Assembly: GCA_016779525.1 (NCBI GenBank)
Contig: JADHNL010000002.1
Location: 4,437 to 68,436, forward strand
DNA: 64,000 bases
Origin: SAR86 cluster bacterium
GTDB taxonomy: Bacteria > Pseudomonadota > Gammaproteobacteria > Magnimaribacterales > TMED112
Reading direction: 5' to 3'
The notes under the pieces are model-generated. The model was not told the origin of the DNA. It saw nothing but the letters and a program-made list of their open reading frames with translations, and ran no database searches. Position numbers and translations under genes: made by a program. Shown one piece after another: positions 12,420 through 22,034 of the stretch (the stretch's first letter is position 1; the number at the start of each line of letters is the position of its first letter).

Positions 12420-13498
12420 CTCTATATATTGATCAGAACATTCCATACAGTGATGTTTTTTTTGAATCTCTAGGTCTTCCAATTTCTTACTTCGAAGATC
12501 AGGATTTTGATATTTCTTCCATCAATGAAGATGCCATTGTAGTCATTAGATCAACGTATAAAACACACAATAGAGATATTCCAGCAAATGTGAAGTTAAT
12601 TTGCTCAGTATCAACAGGTGAAGACCACGTAGATAAAAATCATCTAAAGCAAAAAGGAATAGAGTACGCTTTTTCAACTGGTGCAAATGCTCCTGCTGTT
12701 GCTGAGTATGTTTTTTCGAGCCTTGCTCTTTTGCTAAAAGATAAGCTTATTGCTCCAGAAGATAAATTTTTGATCATAGGACATGGAAATATTGGCTCTA
12801 AAGTTTATTCGTTCCTAAATAATTTTGGTTATTCTGTTGATGTATATGATCCCTTTAGTTTTTCGACAATAGATAACTTAGATTTCTTGGATCAATACAA
12901 ATTAATTTCTCTTCATGTTCCTCTAATCCACGATGGAGAACACTCAACTTACAATTTGGTAGATTCCAATTTTTTAGAAAGAATGGGCAACAGTACCTTT
13001 ATTATTAATTCCTCGAGAGGGGGAGTGGTAAAAGAAAAAGATTTTATCAGGCAAAACAAGGTGCGTATAATTTCCGATGTATTTGAAAATGAACCTAATA
13101 TAAATATAAATTTTCATAATTGTGCTTATCTCTGCACCCCACATATTGCAGGACACTCTCAATCAGCGAGGTTTGAAATGACCCATATGGCATATCAGAA
13201 CGTATTAAGATTTTTAAATATAAAAGAAAAGGAACAAAAAACTCTTTCTTTAACGAGAGCTTTAGATTTTTCTAAGCAATTAGTAGAAGGTGATATTGCT
13301 AAATATGGATTACCAATCTCTTTATTTCTAAATATTTATAATCCAAAAAAGGACTGCTTTTCTCCAGAGGATTTTAAAATAAAAAGAGACAGCTACAATA
13401 ATAGAATTGGTTACAACCAAGCAGATCTTAGTAAAAACTTCGATAGAAAATTTGAAAAATTCTTAAGTCAACTCAACATTAAAACAAGTTACAATTAA
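12404..13498 (+). CDS. pdxB: Erythronate-4-phosphate dehydrogenase
   Basis: 364 aa. D-2-hydroxyacid dehydrogenase fold, VAEYVFSSLALLL and TPHIAGHS motifs, and a PdxB-type C-terminal dimerisation tail. Confidence 0.87.
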   Translation: MAKEVTLYIDQNIPYSDVFFESLGLPISYFEDQDFDISSINEDAIVVIRSTYKTHNRDIPANVKLICSVSTGEDHVDKNHLKQKGIEYAFSTGANAPAVAEYVFSSLALLLKDKLIAPEDKFLIIGHGNIGSKVYSFLNNFGYSVDVYDPFSFSTIDNLDFLDQYKLISLHVPLIHDGEHSTYNLVDSNFLERMGNSTFIINSSRGGVVKEKDFIRQNKVRIISDVFENEPNININFHNCAYLCTPHIAGHSQSARFEMTHMAYQNVLRFLNIKEKEQKTLSLTRALDFSKQLVEGDIAKYGLPISLFLNIYNPKKDCFSPEDFKIKRDSYNNRIGYNQADLSKNFDRKFEKFLSQLNIKTSYN

Positions 13499-13502
13499 CA
13501 AG

Positions 13503-13889
13503 ATGAAAAAAATTAACGAGAACCTCACACCAGAAGAACTATTTGTGCTTAAGGACAAAGGTACTGAGCGTCCATTTACTGGGAAATTTGATAGTTTTTT
13601 TGAAGACGGAATCTATAAATGCAAAAACTGTGATGCAGAGCTATTTAGATCAGAATCCAAATACGATGCTGGGTGTGGGTGGCCAAGTTTTTTTGAAGCA
13701 GCCAATGAAAAAGCCATAAAGTATGAAGAAGATAATTCAATTTTTGGTCGACCAAGAACTGAAATTTTATGTGCATCTTGTGATGGTCATCTAGGACATG
13801 TTTTTGAAGATGGTCCAAAAGAAAAAACAGGTTTGAGGTATTGTGTCAATTCTATATCGATCGACTTTGATAAAGAGAAAAACAATTGA
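13503..13889 (+). CDS. msrB: Peptide-methionine (R)-S-oxide reductase
   Basis: 128 aa. CxxC...CxxC zinc site (CKNC, CASC), GCGWPSF, GHLGHVFEDGP, RYCVNS catalytic Cys. Confidence 0.95.
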   Translation: MKKINENLTPEELFVLKDKGTERPFTGKFDSFFEDGIYKCKNCDAELFRSESKYDAGCGWPSFFEAANEKAIKYEEDNSIFGRPRTEILCASCDGHLGHVFEDGPKEKTGLRYCVNSISIDFDKEKNN

Positions 13890-15265
13890 ATATATCTAAG
13901 TTCTGGAAATCCTCATTAGGTTTTTCTTTTTTTACATTTATTTCAAGAATATTTGGATATCTTCGTGATTTAGTTCTTTCTTCCAATCTGGGAGCAAGCG
14001 CTATCCACGATATTTTTGTTGTAATTTTTAGGATACCAAACGTTTTTAGAAGTTTTTTTGGTGAGGGAGCAATGTCTCAATCCTTGGTTCCAAGCATTAT
14101 TGAGGCAAATCAACATCAAACCAGATTTTTGAACCAAGTTTTTACCTTATTGGTATGTATTCTTGCTGTCTTTGTTTTATTTGTAGAGCTATTTCCCGTT
14201 TTCTTTGTAACTTTATTTGCGCCAGGCTATCTTGCAGATTTAGATACACTAAACAACTCAACTAATTTCTTACGACTAATTTTTCCATATATCTTGCTTA
14301 TCTCATTAGTAGCTTTTTTTGGTGCGATTCAAAATTCAAAGAAATACTTTCAGGTTGTGGCAGCAACCCCAATTATATTCAACATTACGCTTATACTATT
14401 TGCTTTATCTTTTTCAAACCTAACTTTAGGAGTTATTGGTATTTCTATTTTGATTGCTGGAGCTCTGCAGTTGTTACTGAATGTTTTATATACCGCTAAG
14501 CTTGGTTATCTACCAACCTTTGATTTTAATTTTGATGCTAGCTTGCTGCGGACTTTTTTTAACAGACTTTTGCCTGCTATCTTTGCAGCAGGCATATATC
14601 AAATAAATATACTGGTAGATACAATTTTCGCATCTTTTCAAGTGGCTGGAAGTCCAACTTGGTTGTACCTTTCAGAGAGAATCATTCAACTCCCTCTTGG
14701 TATGTTTGGTGTAGCAATAGCTTTGGTTTCACTGCCAAATATCACAGAACTATTTAAGAGCAAGAAATCAAAGGCGCTTTTGAAAAGTACCATGACAGGT
14801 TTTGCATCAGTCTCGCTTATTGGTTTTGGTGCATTTTTAGGTCTTTATTTTCTCTCAGAACCTATTATTCAAATGTTGTTTCAAAGAGGAGAATTTTTAT
14901 ATTCTGATACTCTCCAAACTTCTTCTAGCTTGCTTGCATATGCATTTGGTCTACCCTTTTTGATGTCAAATAAGTTTTTTAATACCATTTATTTTGCTGT
15001 TTCAAAGACAAAACTTGTGCTTTGGCTTGGCGTTTTTTCATTGCTATTAAATATCATTTTCAATTATGTTTTTGTTTATATACTTGAGCTAGAACATGTT
15101 GGAATAGCACTTGCAACTAGCATAAGCAGTATTTTCGTGTTTATTGTTTCTGTTGCATGGCTAAGCTTGAATAAGTTTTTTAATATGGGCGCTGTACTTT
15201 TGGCAATTGCATTTATCATTTTAATTGCAATATTAATTTCAAACACATATTACTTATATGGCTAG
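13886..15265 (+). CDS. murJ: Lipid II flippase MurJ (MviN)
   Basis: 459 aa polytopic membrane protein with a TTG start. MurJ-like N-terminus (SRIFGYLRDLVLSSNLGAS..FFGEGAMSQSLVP). Upstream of ribF-ileS as in many gammaproteobacteria. Confidence 0.9.
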   Translation: MNISKFWKSSLGFSFFTFISRIFGYLRDLVLSSNLGASAIHDIFVVIFRIPNVFRSFFGEGAMSQSLVPSIIEANQHQTRFLNQVFTLLVCILAVFVLFVELFPVFFVTLFAPGYLADLDTLNNSTNFLRLIFPYILLISLVAFFGAIQNSKKYFQVVAATPIIFNITLILFALSFSNLTLGVIGISILIAGALQLLLNVLYTAKLGYLPTFDFNFDASLLRTFFNRLLPAIFAAGIYQINILVDTIFASFQVAGSPTWLYLSERIIQLPLGMFGVAIALVSLPNITELFKSKKSKALLKSTMTGFASVSLIGFGAFLGLYFLSEPIIQMLFQRGEFLYSDTLQTSSSLLAYAFGLPFLMSNKFFNTIYFAVSKTKLVLWLGVFSLLLNIIFNYVFVYILELEHVGIALATSISSIFVFIVSVAWLSLNKFFNMGAVLLAIAFIILIAILISNTYYLYG

Positions 15266-16136
15266 ATTCGTAACAACAATTGGCAACTTTGATGGTATCC
15301 ATTTGGGACATCAAAAACTGCTTAATGATTTAAAAAGTATTGCAAAAAACCAAGGATTTAAAACAAGGCTGGTTACTTTTAATCCCTACCCATTTGAATT
15401 TTTTAAGCACAGCAAGAAGCGAATTCTATCAACCAAAGACAAAATAGATTTTCTTAACAGCATGGGGATTGATAAGGTTGTAGAAATTAACTTTGATGAA
15501 AGATTTAGGAAACTTTCCCCAGAAGATTTTTTTAATGAGTATCTTCTGAAAGAAACAAAAATCTTGATGGTTGGCAAGGATTTTAGGTTTGGCAAAGATA
15601 GGGAAGGTGATACAGAACTTCTTCAAAAACTATGTCAAAAATACAGCATTGAATTTATTGCTTTGAGTGATGTTAGTTTAAACAAGAAAAGAATAAGCAG
15701 CTCTTGGGTTAGGGAAGAGTTACATAAGGGAGCTTTTGCTAGCGCAGGTGATTTACTAGGCAGAGATTACACAATCACAGGAAAAGTATTACCTGGTAAT
15801 CGGATTGGAAGAAGAATTCAAACACCAACAGCAAACATAGAAATCGATAATTATGATTTTTGCTTTAGTGGGGTTTTTCTCTGCAAGGCAGGTTTTAACG
15901 GAAAAGAATACTTTGCAATAGCTAACTTTGGTCCAAAACCAACATTCAACGATTATCGGCAATCATTGGAGGTAAACATATTTGATTTCGAGGGAAATCT
16001 TTATGATGAAGTACTTAGAGTAGTTTTTTTATGTAAAATTAGAGATCAAATCAAATTTGAATCAATTGATGATCTAAAACGACAAATTACAAAAGATATT
16101 GAGGATGCTAAAAATCTAATTTCTGATAATGAGTGA
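15258..16136 (+). CDS. ribF: Bifunctional riboflavin kinase / FMN adenylyltransferase
   Basis: 292 aa. GNFDGIHLGHQ nucleotidyltransferase motif and a C-terminal riboflavin kinase domain (PTANI..). ribF-ileS-lspA synteny. Confidence 0.93.
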   Translation: MARFVTTIGNFDGIHLGHQKLLNDLKSIAKNQGFKTRLVTFNPYPFEFFKHSKKRILSTKDKIDFLNSMGIDKVVEINFDERFRKLSPEDFFNEYLLKETKILMVGKDFRFGKDREGDTELLQKLCQKYSIEFIALSDVSLNKKRISSSWVREELHKGAFASAGDLLGRDYTITGKVLPGNRIGRRIQTPTANIEIDNYDFCFSGVFLCKAGFNGKEYFAIANFGPKPTFNDYRQSLEVNIFDFEGNLYDEVLRVVFLCKIRDQIKFESIDDLKRQITKDIEDAKNLISDNE

Positions 16137-18867
16137 TAAACCTGACCTTAAATTAAATTTACCTTACACCAATATTCCTATGAAGGCTGGTTTGAATCAG
16201 AGAGAACCAGAGATTTTAAAAACCTGGGAATCAAAAGACTTATACAAAAAAATTAGAGCTTCAAGGAAGGGAAGAAAGACGTTTCATCTACATGATGGGC
16301 CTCCATATGCTAATGGACAAATTCATCTGGGCCATGCTGTAAATAAGGTGCTCAAGGATATTGTCATTAAATCTAAAACTTTGTCTGGTTTTGATGCACC
16401 TTACATTCCTGGCTGGGATTGTCATGGATTGCCCATTGAACTACAGGTTGAAAAAAAAATTGGAAGCAAAAAGAAAACAATTACTCAGGAGGAATTTAGA
16501 TCCTTATGTCGAGAATATGCTGGCCAACAAATTGAATTACAAAAATTAGATTTCATAAGATTAGGCGTGCTGGGAGAATGGAACGATAGGTATGCAAGTT
16601 TAGATAAGAGCTTTGAGGCAGATGCAATCGATGCTTTCTCAAGAATTTATCATAATGGTCATGTTGAAAAAGGTTTTAAGCCTGTGCATTGGTGTTTGGA
16701 ATGTTCATCTGCTTTAGCAGAGGCAGAGGTTGAGTACATTGATAAAACCTCAAATTCAATTGATGTAAAATTTAGTTTCTCTCAATCGAGCATTGAGAGA
16801 ATTCAGAAAAACTTATTAAAAGATCTCGGTGAAAAGTTAAGTTTAGTCATATGGACTACAACGCCTTGGACAATTCCTGGAAATCAAGCAGTCTGCCTTA
16901 ATGAGAAAATTAGTTACACCATACTTGAGGTAGATGATGAAAAATTAGTTGTAGCAAGCGAACTTGTAGATCAATGTAGTGAGCGCTGGTCAGAAAAAAA
17001 AATAAAAATTCTAGTGCCTAATTTAGTTGGATCAGTATTCAGTGGCACGACAGTAGTTCATCCAATATTCAAGAGAGAGGTTGCAGTTTTAAGCGGCGAA
17101 CATGTAACTACCGAAACAGGAACTGGTTTTGTACATACTGCTCCAGCTCATGGTGTTGATGATTTTAATGTATGCCAAGCAAATAATATTGAGCCTTTTA
17201 ATCCCATATCAATGAATGGTTGTTTCAAAGAGGAAATAGAATTTTTTGCAGGAGTTCATGTAAGAAAAGTTGAAAATCTTGTGATTGACAAGCTAAAACA
17301 GCTAGGTTCTTTAGTAAATTCAGCCGATTACAATCACAGTTATCCGCATTGCTGGAGACATAAAACTCCACTTATATTTATGGCAACACCTCAATGGTTT
17401 ATTTCAATGACAAAATCAGGCCTCCTTGATGGCACAATGAAAGCAGTATCTGAAATAGATTTTATACCATCATGGGGTAAGGAAAGAATGGAGATTATGC
17501 TAAAAGACAGGCCAGACTGGTGCATTTCAAGACAAAGAGATTGGGGGATTCCAATAACACTGGTATATGAAAAAGATTCTGGAGAACTGCATAGTAATCA
17601 AAGTGAGATATTTAACTTAGCTGCATCTGCAATTAGAGATAAAGGGATAGATTCATGGAGCAATCTAGGATTAGAAGATGTTTCAAATGATTATGAAAAA
17701 TCCAAAGATATTTTTGATGTATGGTTTGATTCTGGTGTTACTCATTATTGTGTAATGGATAAAAGTTTTGGCCCAAATGTCCAATCTGACTTATATCTTG
17801 AAGGCAGTGACCAGCATAGAGGTTGGTTCCAATCATCATTACTAACATCAATCGCCATGAAAGGAATGGCGCCATATAAATCAGTACTTACTCATGGGTT
17901 TGTTGTAGATGAGGATGGTAAAAAGATGTCTAAGTCTCTTGGCAATGTGGTTTCGCCACAAGAAATAATTGCCGAATCGGGAGCTGATATTCTAAGGTTC
18001 TGGATAGCTTCCACTGATTTTCGAGGAGAGATGAGTTTTTCTAAAGATATTTTCAGCAGATCTATTGATGGTTTTAGAAGAATCAGAAATACATTGCGTT
18101 TTATGGTTTCGAACCTTTATGACTTTGGTAAAGAATTTAATTCAGAGGACCTTTTATTTCTAGATAAAGCCATGGTTGTTAAAGCTTATCAATTGCAAAA
18201 AGATATAGCGCTGCATTACGAAGAGTATAACTTTCACCTAGTTATATCTAAGGTTCTAAATTTTTGTGTCAACGATCTTGGAGGGCTTTACTTAGATGTA
18301 ATCAAAGATAGGCTTTACACAATGAAATCCGACTCTCTTGGTAGAAAGTCTGCACAGTATGCCCTAGATAAAATATTAACTATATTAGTAAAATGCATTA
18401 GCCCAATACTTTCGTTTACGGCATATGAGTTTTCAGAGGAAATGAATCCAGGGAAAGGGCATGAAATCTTTCTTGCTGAGTGGGATGAGAGTGTTTTGCA
18501 TCTAAATGATCTTGAGAAGAAAAAATTAACCAAGCTTCTTGCACTTAGAACCAGAGTTTATCAAGCCATTGAGAGTGAAAGACAAAAAGGCGATCTCAAG
18601 AATGCTCTTGATGCCAATATTGAAATTACATTAAATAAAGATGATTTTGAGGACTTGAAAGAATTTAAAGAAGAAATTCATAAGCTCTTCATTGCATCAT
18701 CATGCAAATTAAATATAGGAAAAGAGGAAGAAATTAAGATAACCAAATCCACTGGCCAGAAGTGTGCAAGATGTTGGCATAAAGTTGATGAACTTAGTGA
18801 TAAAAATATTTGTTCTAGATGCGACAACAATATAAATGGCGATGGTGAAGATAGAGGCTTCTTTTAA
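16129..18867 (+). CDS. ileS: Isoleucine--tRNA ligase
   Basis: 912 aa. HLGH (HIGH) and KMSKS motifs, C-terminal CxxC zinc knuckles. Confidence 0.98.
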   Translation: MSDKPDLKLNLPYTNIPMKAGLNQREPEILKTWESKDLYKKIRASRKGRKTFHLHDGPPYANGQIHLGHAVNKVLKDIVIKSKTLSGFDAPYIPGWDCHGLPIELQVEKKIGSKKKTITQEEFRSLCREYAGQQIELQKLDFIRLGVLGEWNDRYASLDKSFEADAIDAFSRIYHNGHVEKGFKPVHWCLECSSALAEAEVEYIDKTSNSIDVKFSFSQSSIERIQKNLLKDLGEKLSLVIWTTTPWTIPGNQAVCLNEKISYTILEVDDEKLVVASELVDQCSERWSEKKIKILVPNLVGSVFSGTTVVHPIFKREVAVLSGEHVTTETGTGFVHTAPAHGVDDFNVCQANNIEPFNPISMNGCFKEEIEFFAGVHVRKVENLVIDKLKQLGSLVNSADYNHSYPHCWRHKTPLIFMATPQWFISMTKSGLLDGTMKAVSEIDFIPSWGKERMEIMLKDRPDWCISRQRDWGIPITLVYEKDSGELHSNQSEIFNLAASAIRDKGIDSWSNLGLEDVSNDYEKSKDIFDVWFDSGVTHYCVMDKSFGPNVQSDLYLEGSDQHRGWFQSSLLTSIAMKGMAPYKSVLTHGFVVDEDGKKMSKSLGNVVSPQEIIAESGADILRFWIASTDFRGEMSFSKDIFSRSIDGFRRIRNTLRFMVSNLYDFGKEFNSEDLLFLDKAMVVKAYQLQKDIALHYEEYNFHLVISKVLNFCVNDLGGLYLDVIKDRLYTMKSDSLGRKSAQYALDKILTILVKCISPILSFTAYEFSEEMNPGKGHEIFLAEWDESVLHLNDLEKKKLTKLLALRTRVYQAIESERQKGDLKNALDANIEITLNKDDFEDLKEFKEEIHKLFIASSCKLNIGKEEEIKITKSTGQKCARCWHKVDELSDKNICSRCDNNINGDGEDRGFF

Positions 18868-19318
18868 ATTGAAATACGTTTACTTATTTAGTTTTGTTTT
18901 GTTTATTGATTTAGGCTCAAAATACTACGTTTTAAACAACCTTAACGAGTCAATGACACTTTTACCAATTCTTGATTTATTGCTTGTAAAAAATACTGGA
19001 ATAGCCCTAAGCTTTTTGAGTGATCTTGAAGGGACAGGGAAAATTGTCCTTTCTTTATTTATCGCCGCGGCATTGGCATTTATTTTTTTTGAAATAAAAA
19101 AATCTCATAATCACCTACATAAATTTTCACTGACTTTAATATTGGCTGGAGGAGTTGGAAACTACATTGAAAGGCTATTTTTTGGGGCAGTGACAGATTT
19201 TCTTCATCTAAGAGTGGGTGATTTTTCCTTCTTTATATTTAACTTTGCAGATCTATTCATTACTTTAGGAGCCATATTGTTTGCTTATACTTTGCTTAGG
19301 AAACCAAAAAAAATATGA
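18836..19318 (+). CDS. lspA: Lipoprotein signal peptidase II
   Basis: 160 aa. IDLGSKYYV, NTGIALSF and FNFADLFITLGA motifs. Overlaps the ileS 3' end. Confidence 0.92.
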   Translation: MAMVKIEASFKLKYVYLFSFVLFIDLGSKYYVLNNLNESMTLLPILDLLLVKNTGIALSFLSDLEGTGKIVLSLFIAAALAFIFFEIKKSHNHLHKFSLTLILAGGVGNYIERLFFGAVTDFLHLRVGDFSFFIFNFADLFITLGAILFAYTLLRKPKKI

Positions 19319-20253
19319 ACAAAGAGATTATTTTAGCGAACCCAAGAGGCTTTTGTGCAGGTGTTGATAGAGCTATTGAGATAGTTGAAAAATCACTGGA
19401 GAAATTTAATGAGCCTGTTTTTGTGCGGCATCACGTAGTACACAATAAGAATGTTGTTGAGCAGTTAGAATCAAAGGGAGTGACATTTGTAAAAGAAGTC
19501 CATGAAATTCCTGATAACTCAATTGCAATATTTAGCGCTCATGGTGTTTCGTCTGAAGTAGAGGATTCTGCAAAATTACGAAAGTTTAAATATTTCGATG
19601 CAACTTGTCCTTTGGTTACTAAGGTGCATTTGGAGGTGCAAAAACATGCAAAAAAAGGTCGAGATATCATATTAATTGGACACAAAGGACACCCAGAAGT
19701 TATAGGCACACTTGGTAGACATCCAAAAGATTCCCTGACCAATATTTTTCTTGTTGAGACAATAAATGATATTGAACAACTAGAAGTAAACAGAGACAAC
19801 CTTGCCTACGTTACACAAACGACTTTATCGGTAGATGAAACTAAAGAAATTATTGCAAAATTGAAGAGTGTATACCCAAATATAATTGGACCCAGTGCTG
19901 ATGATATTTGTTATGCAACCCAAAATAGACAGGATGCAGTAAAGCAACTGGCTCTAGAATCAGATTTTGTAATTGTTATAGGATCAAAGAGCAGTTCAAA
20001 TTCTAATAGACTAAAGGAGTTAGCGGAAAACTGTGGCACCAGATCATGTCTCATTGATAACCCAGAAGATCTCGATATAAAGTTGCTTGATAATGTGAAA
20101 AGAATTGGCATTACAGCAGGTGCTTCTGCACCAGAATACATTGTTCAAGATTTAATTAACTTTCTAAAAAATTTAAACTTCACTTCATTAAGACATATAG
20201 CAGGAAGTAAAGAAGATATTACCTTTAAGCTTCCAAGGGAGTTAATTGATTGA
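19315..20253 (+). CDS. ispH: 4-hydroxy-3-methylbut-2-enyl diphosphate reductase
   Basis: 312 aa. NPRGFCAGVDRAI, ATCPLVTKVH, SSNSNRL motifs. Confidence 0.96.
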   Translation: MNKEIILANPRGFCAGVDRAIEIVEKSLEKFNEPVFVRHHVVHNKNVVEQLESKGVTFVKEVHEIPDNSIAIFSAHGVSSEVEDSAKLRKFKYFDATCPLVTKVHLEVQKHAKKGRDIILIGHKGHPEVIGTLGRHPKDSLTNIFLVETINDIEQLEVNRDNLAYVTQTTLSVDETKEIIAKLKSVYPNIIGPSADDICYATQNRQDAVKQLALESDFVIVIGSKSSSNSNRLKELAENCGTRSCLIDNPEDLDIKLLDNVKRIGITAGASAPEYIVQDLINFLKNLNFTSLRHIAGSKEDITFKLPRELID

Positions 20254-21476
20254 GCAAGATAGCGGTAATCGGAGCAGGCGTTACAGGAATCAATGCCGCA
20301 TATTTTCTTGCAAAAAAGGGCCATCAAGTAACTATTTTTGAAAACGAAAAATATGCAGGGATGGCAACAAGTTTTTCTAATGGTGCTCAAATAAGTGCTT
20401 GTAATTCTGAAACATGGACTAATTTGGAAATTGTTTCTAGGGGTCTAAAATCAATGTTTAAATCAGATGCACCTCTTTATATTAGACCATTTCCAGATTT
20501 TTCAGATTTGTCAGGAACATTTTCGAAATATATGTGGCTCAGTGAATTCTTTTTTACTAGCTTGAGCGGTAATCACAAAAAAAATTCAGAAAAAATATTT
20601 TCTATGGCCTTAAAGTCTAGAGAACTTTATCTAAAAATAATAGAAGAGGAGAACCTTGAATTTGATTTTTTACAGAAAGGTATTCTGCAATTCTTTGAAT
20701 CAGAAAGCGATTTAGAAAAGGCGTATTTAAAGAAAGGGTGGATTGAATCTATGGGGGTGGAGTGGGACAGACTTTCTTTTGAAGAAATTATTGAGCTTGA
20801 ACCAGCACTAGCGAATAATAAATCAATAGTTGGTGGCATCTATACAAAATCTGATGCCACTGGAGACATTCATAAATATTGTGTTGAGTTAGGCAAAGTA
20901 TTGGAGACTAAATATAGTGTCATCTTTAAATATGGCCAGCCAGTTCAAGATATTTTAGGTCAAGACAGACCCATAGTAGTCACGTCAAATTATGAACATA
21001 CCTTTGATAAGGTAGTTATTAGTGCCGGGGTTACAACAGAGCAATTCAAGAAAAAATTTGGCGACAATTTTAGAATTTATCCTGCGAAAGGATACTCCAT
21101 CACAATAGATATGGATGAGGAATCTCAAAAAGCTGCGCCCTTTGTTTCGCTAAAAGACGAATCAAATAAGCTTGTATGCTCAAGGCTTGGGAGTCGTCTG
21201 AGAGTTGCTGGTACAGTAGAACTCGATGGCTATAACAAAGACATAAGAGAGAATAGAGTCAAGCCACTTTTGAAATGGGTCAATAATATTTTCCCAAAAA
21301 TTAGCACAGAAAACTTTTTACCATGGACCGGGCTTAGGCCTATGACTCCAAATATGTTGCCTGTTGTGCAAGCATCGAAAAGAAGAAACATTTATTACAA
21401 CTCAGGTCATGGTATTTTGGGATGGACTCTAGGCACATCAACAGCAAAGTCTATATCTGATCTAATATCAGATTAA
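20250..21476 (+). CDS. dadA: FAD-dependent D-amino acid dehydrogenase
   Basis: 408 aa with a TTG start. IAVIGAGVTG dinucleotide fold, YPAKGYSITI, WTGLRPMTPN, NSGHGILGWT. These align by eye with E. coli DadA. Confidence 0.83.
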   Translation: MSKIAVIGAGVTGINAAYFLAKKGHQVTIFENEKYAGMATSFSNGAQISACNSETWTNLEIVSRGLKSMFKSDAPLYIRPFPDFSDLSGTFSKYMWLSEFFFTSLSGNHKKNSEKIFSMALKSRELYLKIIEEENLEFDFLQKGILQFFESESDLEKAYLKKGWIESMGVEWDRLSFEEIIELEPALANNKSIVGGIYTKSDATGDIHKYCVELGKVLETKYSVIFKYGQPVQDILGQDRPIVVTSNYEHTFDKVVISAGVTTEQFKKKFGDNFRIYPAKGYSITIDMDEESQKAAPFVSLKDESNKLVCSRLGSRLRVAGTVELDGYNKDIRENRVKPLLKWVNNIFPKISTENFLPWTGLRPMTPNMLPVVQASKRRNIYYNSGHGILGWTLGTSTAKSISDLISD

Positions 21477-21512
21477 CTGAATTATAGGCCTTCATAAGTT
21501 AAAATTATTTAC

Positions 21513-22034
21513 ATGAAGATCGTTGACCACTATTTAGATTGGGCTACAAAATCACCGTCACCCAATTTTTCGGATAGAAAAAATGATATCGATTTAATAG
21601 TGATCCATTGCATTAGTCTGCCTGAAGGAGAGTATGCCAACTCAAATATTGAAGACTTATTCTTAAATAAAATTGATTGCTTAAAACATGATTCTTTTAA
21701 ATCTCTTGAAAAGCTAAAAGTTTCATCCCATCTCTTGGTTAGAAGAGACGGTACCGTAATTCAATTTGTGCCGTTCGATAAGTGCGCTTGGCATGCAGGA
21801 GAGTCATCCTATGATGGCAGAAAAAATTGCAATGATTTTTCAATTGGTATCGAGCTTGAAGGGTGCATTGGTGATATTTTTACAGAACAACAATACACAG
21901 AATTAAGTGCAATCTTGAAAGAGCTTAAAAGTGTTTATGGCATTAAAAATATAGTTGGTCATTCAGATATTGCACCAGGAAGAAAACTTGATCCAGGAGA
22001 AAATTTTAATTGGGAGAGAGTTGCTGATGTTTAA
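21513..22034 (+). CDS. ampD: 1,6-anhydro-N-acetylmuramyl-L-alanine amidase AmpD
   Basis: 173 aa. Amidase_2 motifs (IVIHCISLPEG, AWHAGES, FSIGIELEG, GHSDIAPGRKLDPG). Confidence 0.9.
   Translation: MKIVDHYLDWATKSPSPNFSDRKNDIDLIVIHCISLPEGEYANSNIEDLFLNKIDCLKHDSFKSLEKLKVSSHLLVRRDGTVIQFVPFDKCAWHAGESSYDGRKNCNDFSIGIELEGCIGDIFTEQQYTELSAILKELKSVYGIKNIVGHSDIAPGRKLDPGENFNWERVADV

Noticed and set aside
21955-22026. The ampG start at 21955, overlapping ampD by 80 nt.
   Set aside because: The first 24 codons are hydrophilic and lie inside the conserved AmpD C-terminus. ATG 22027 begins the first AmpG TM segment.
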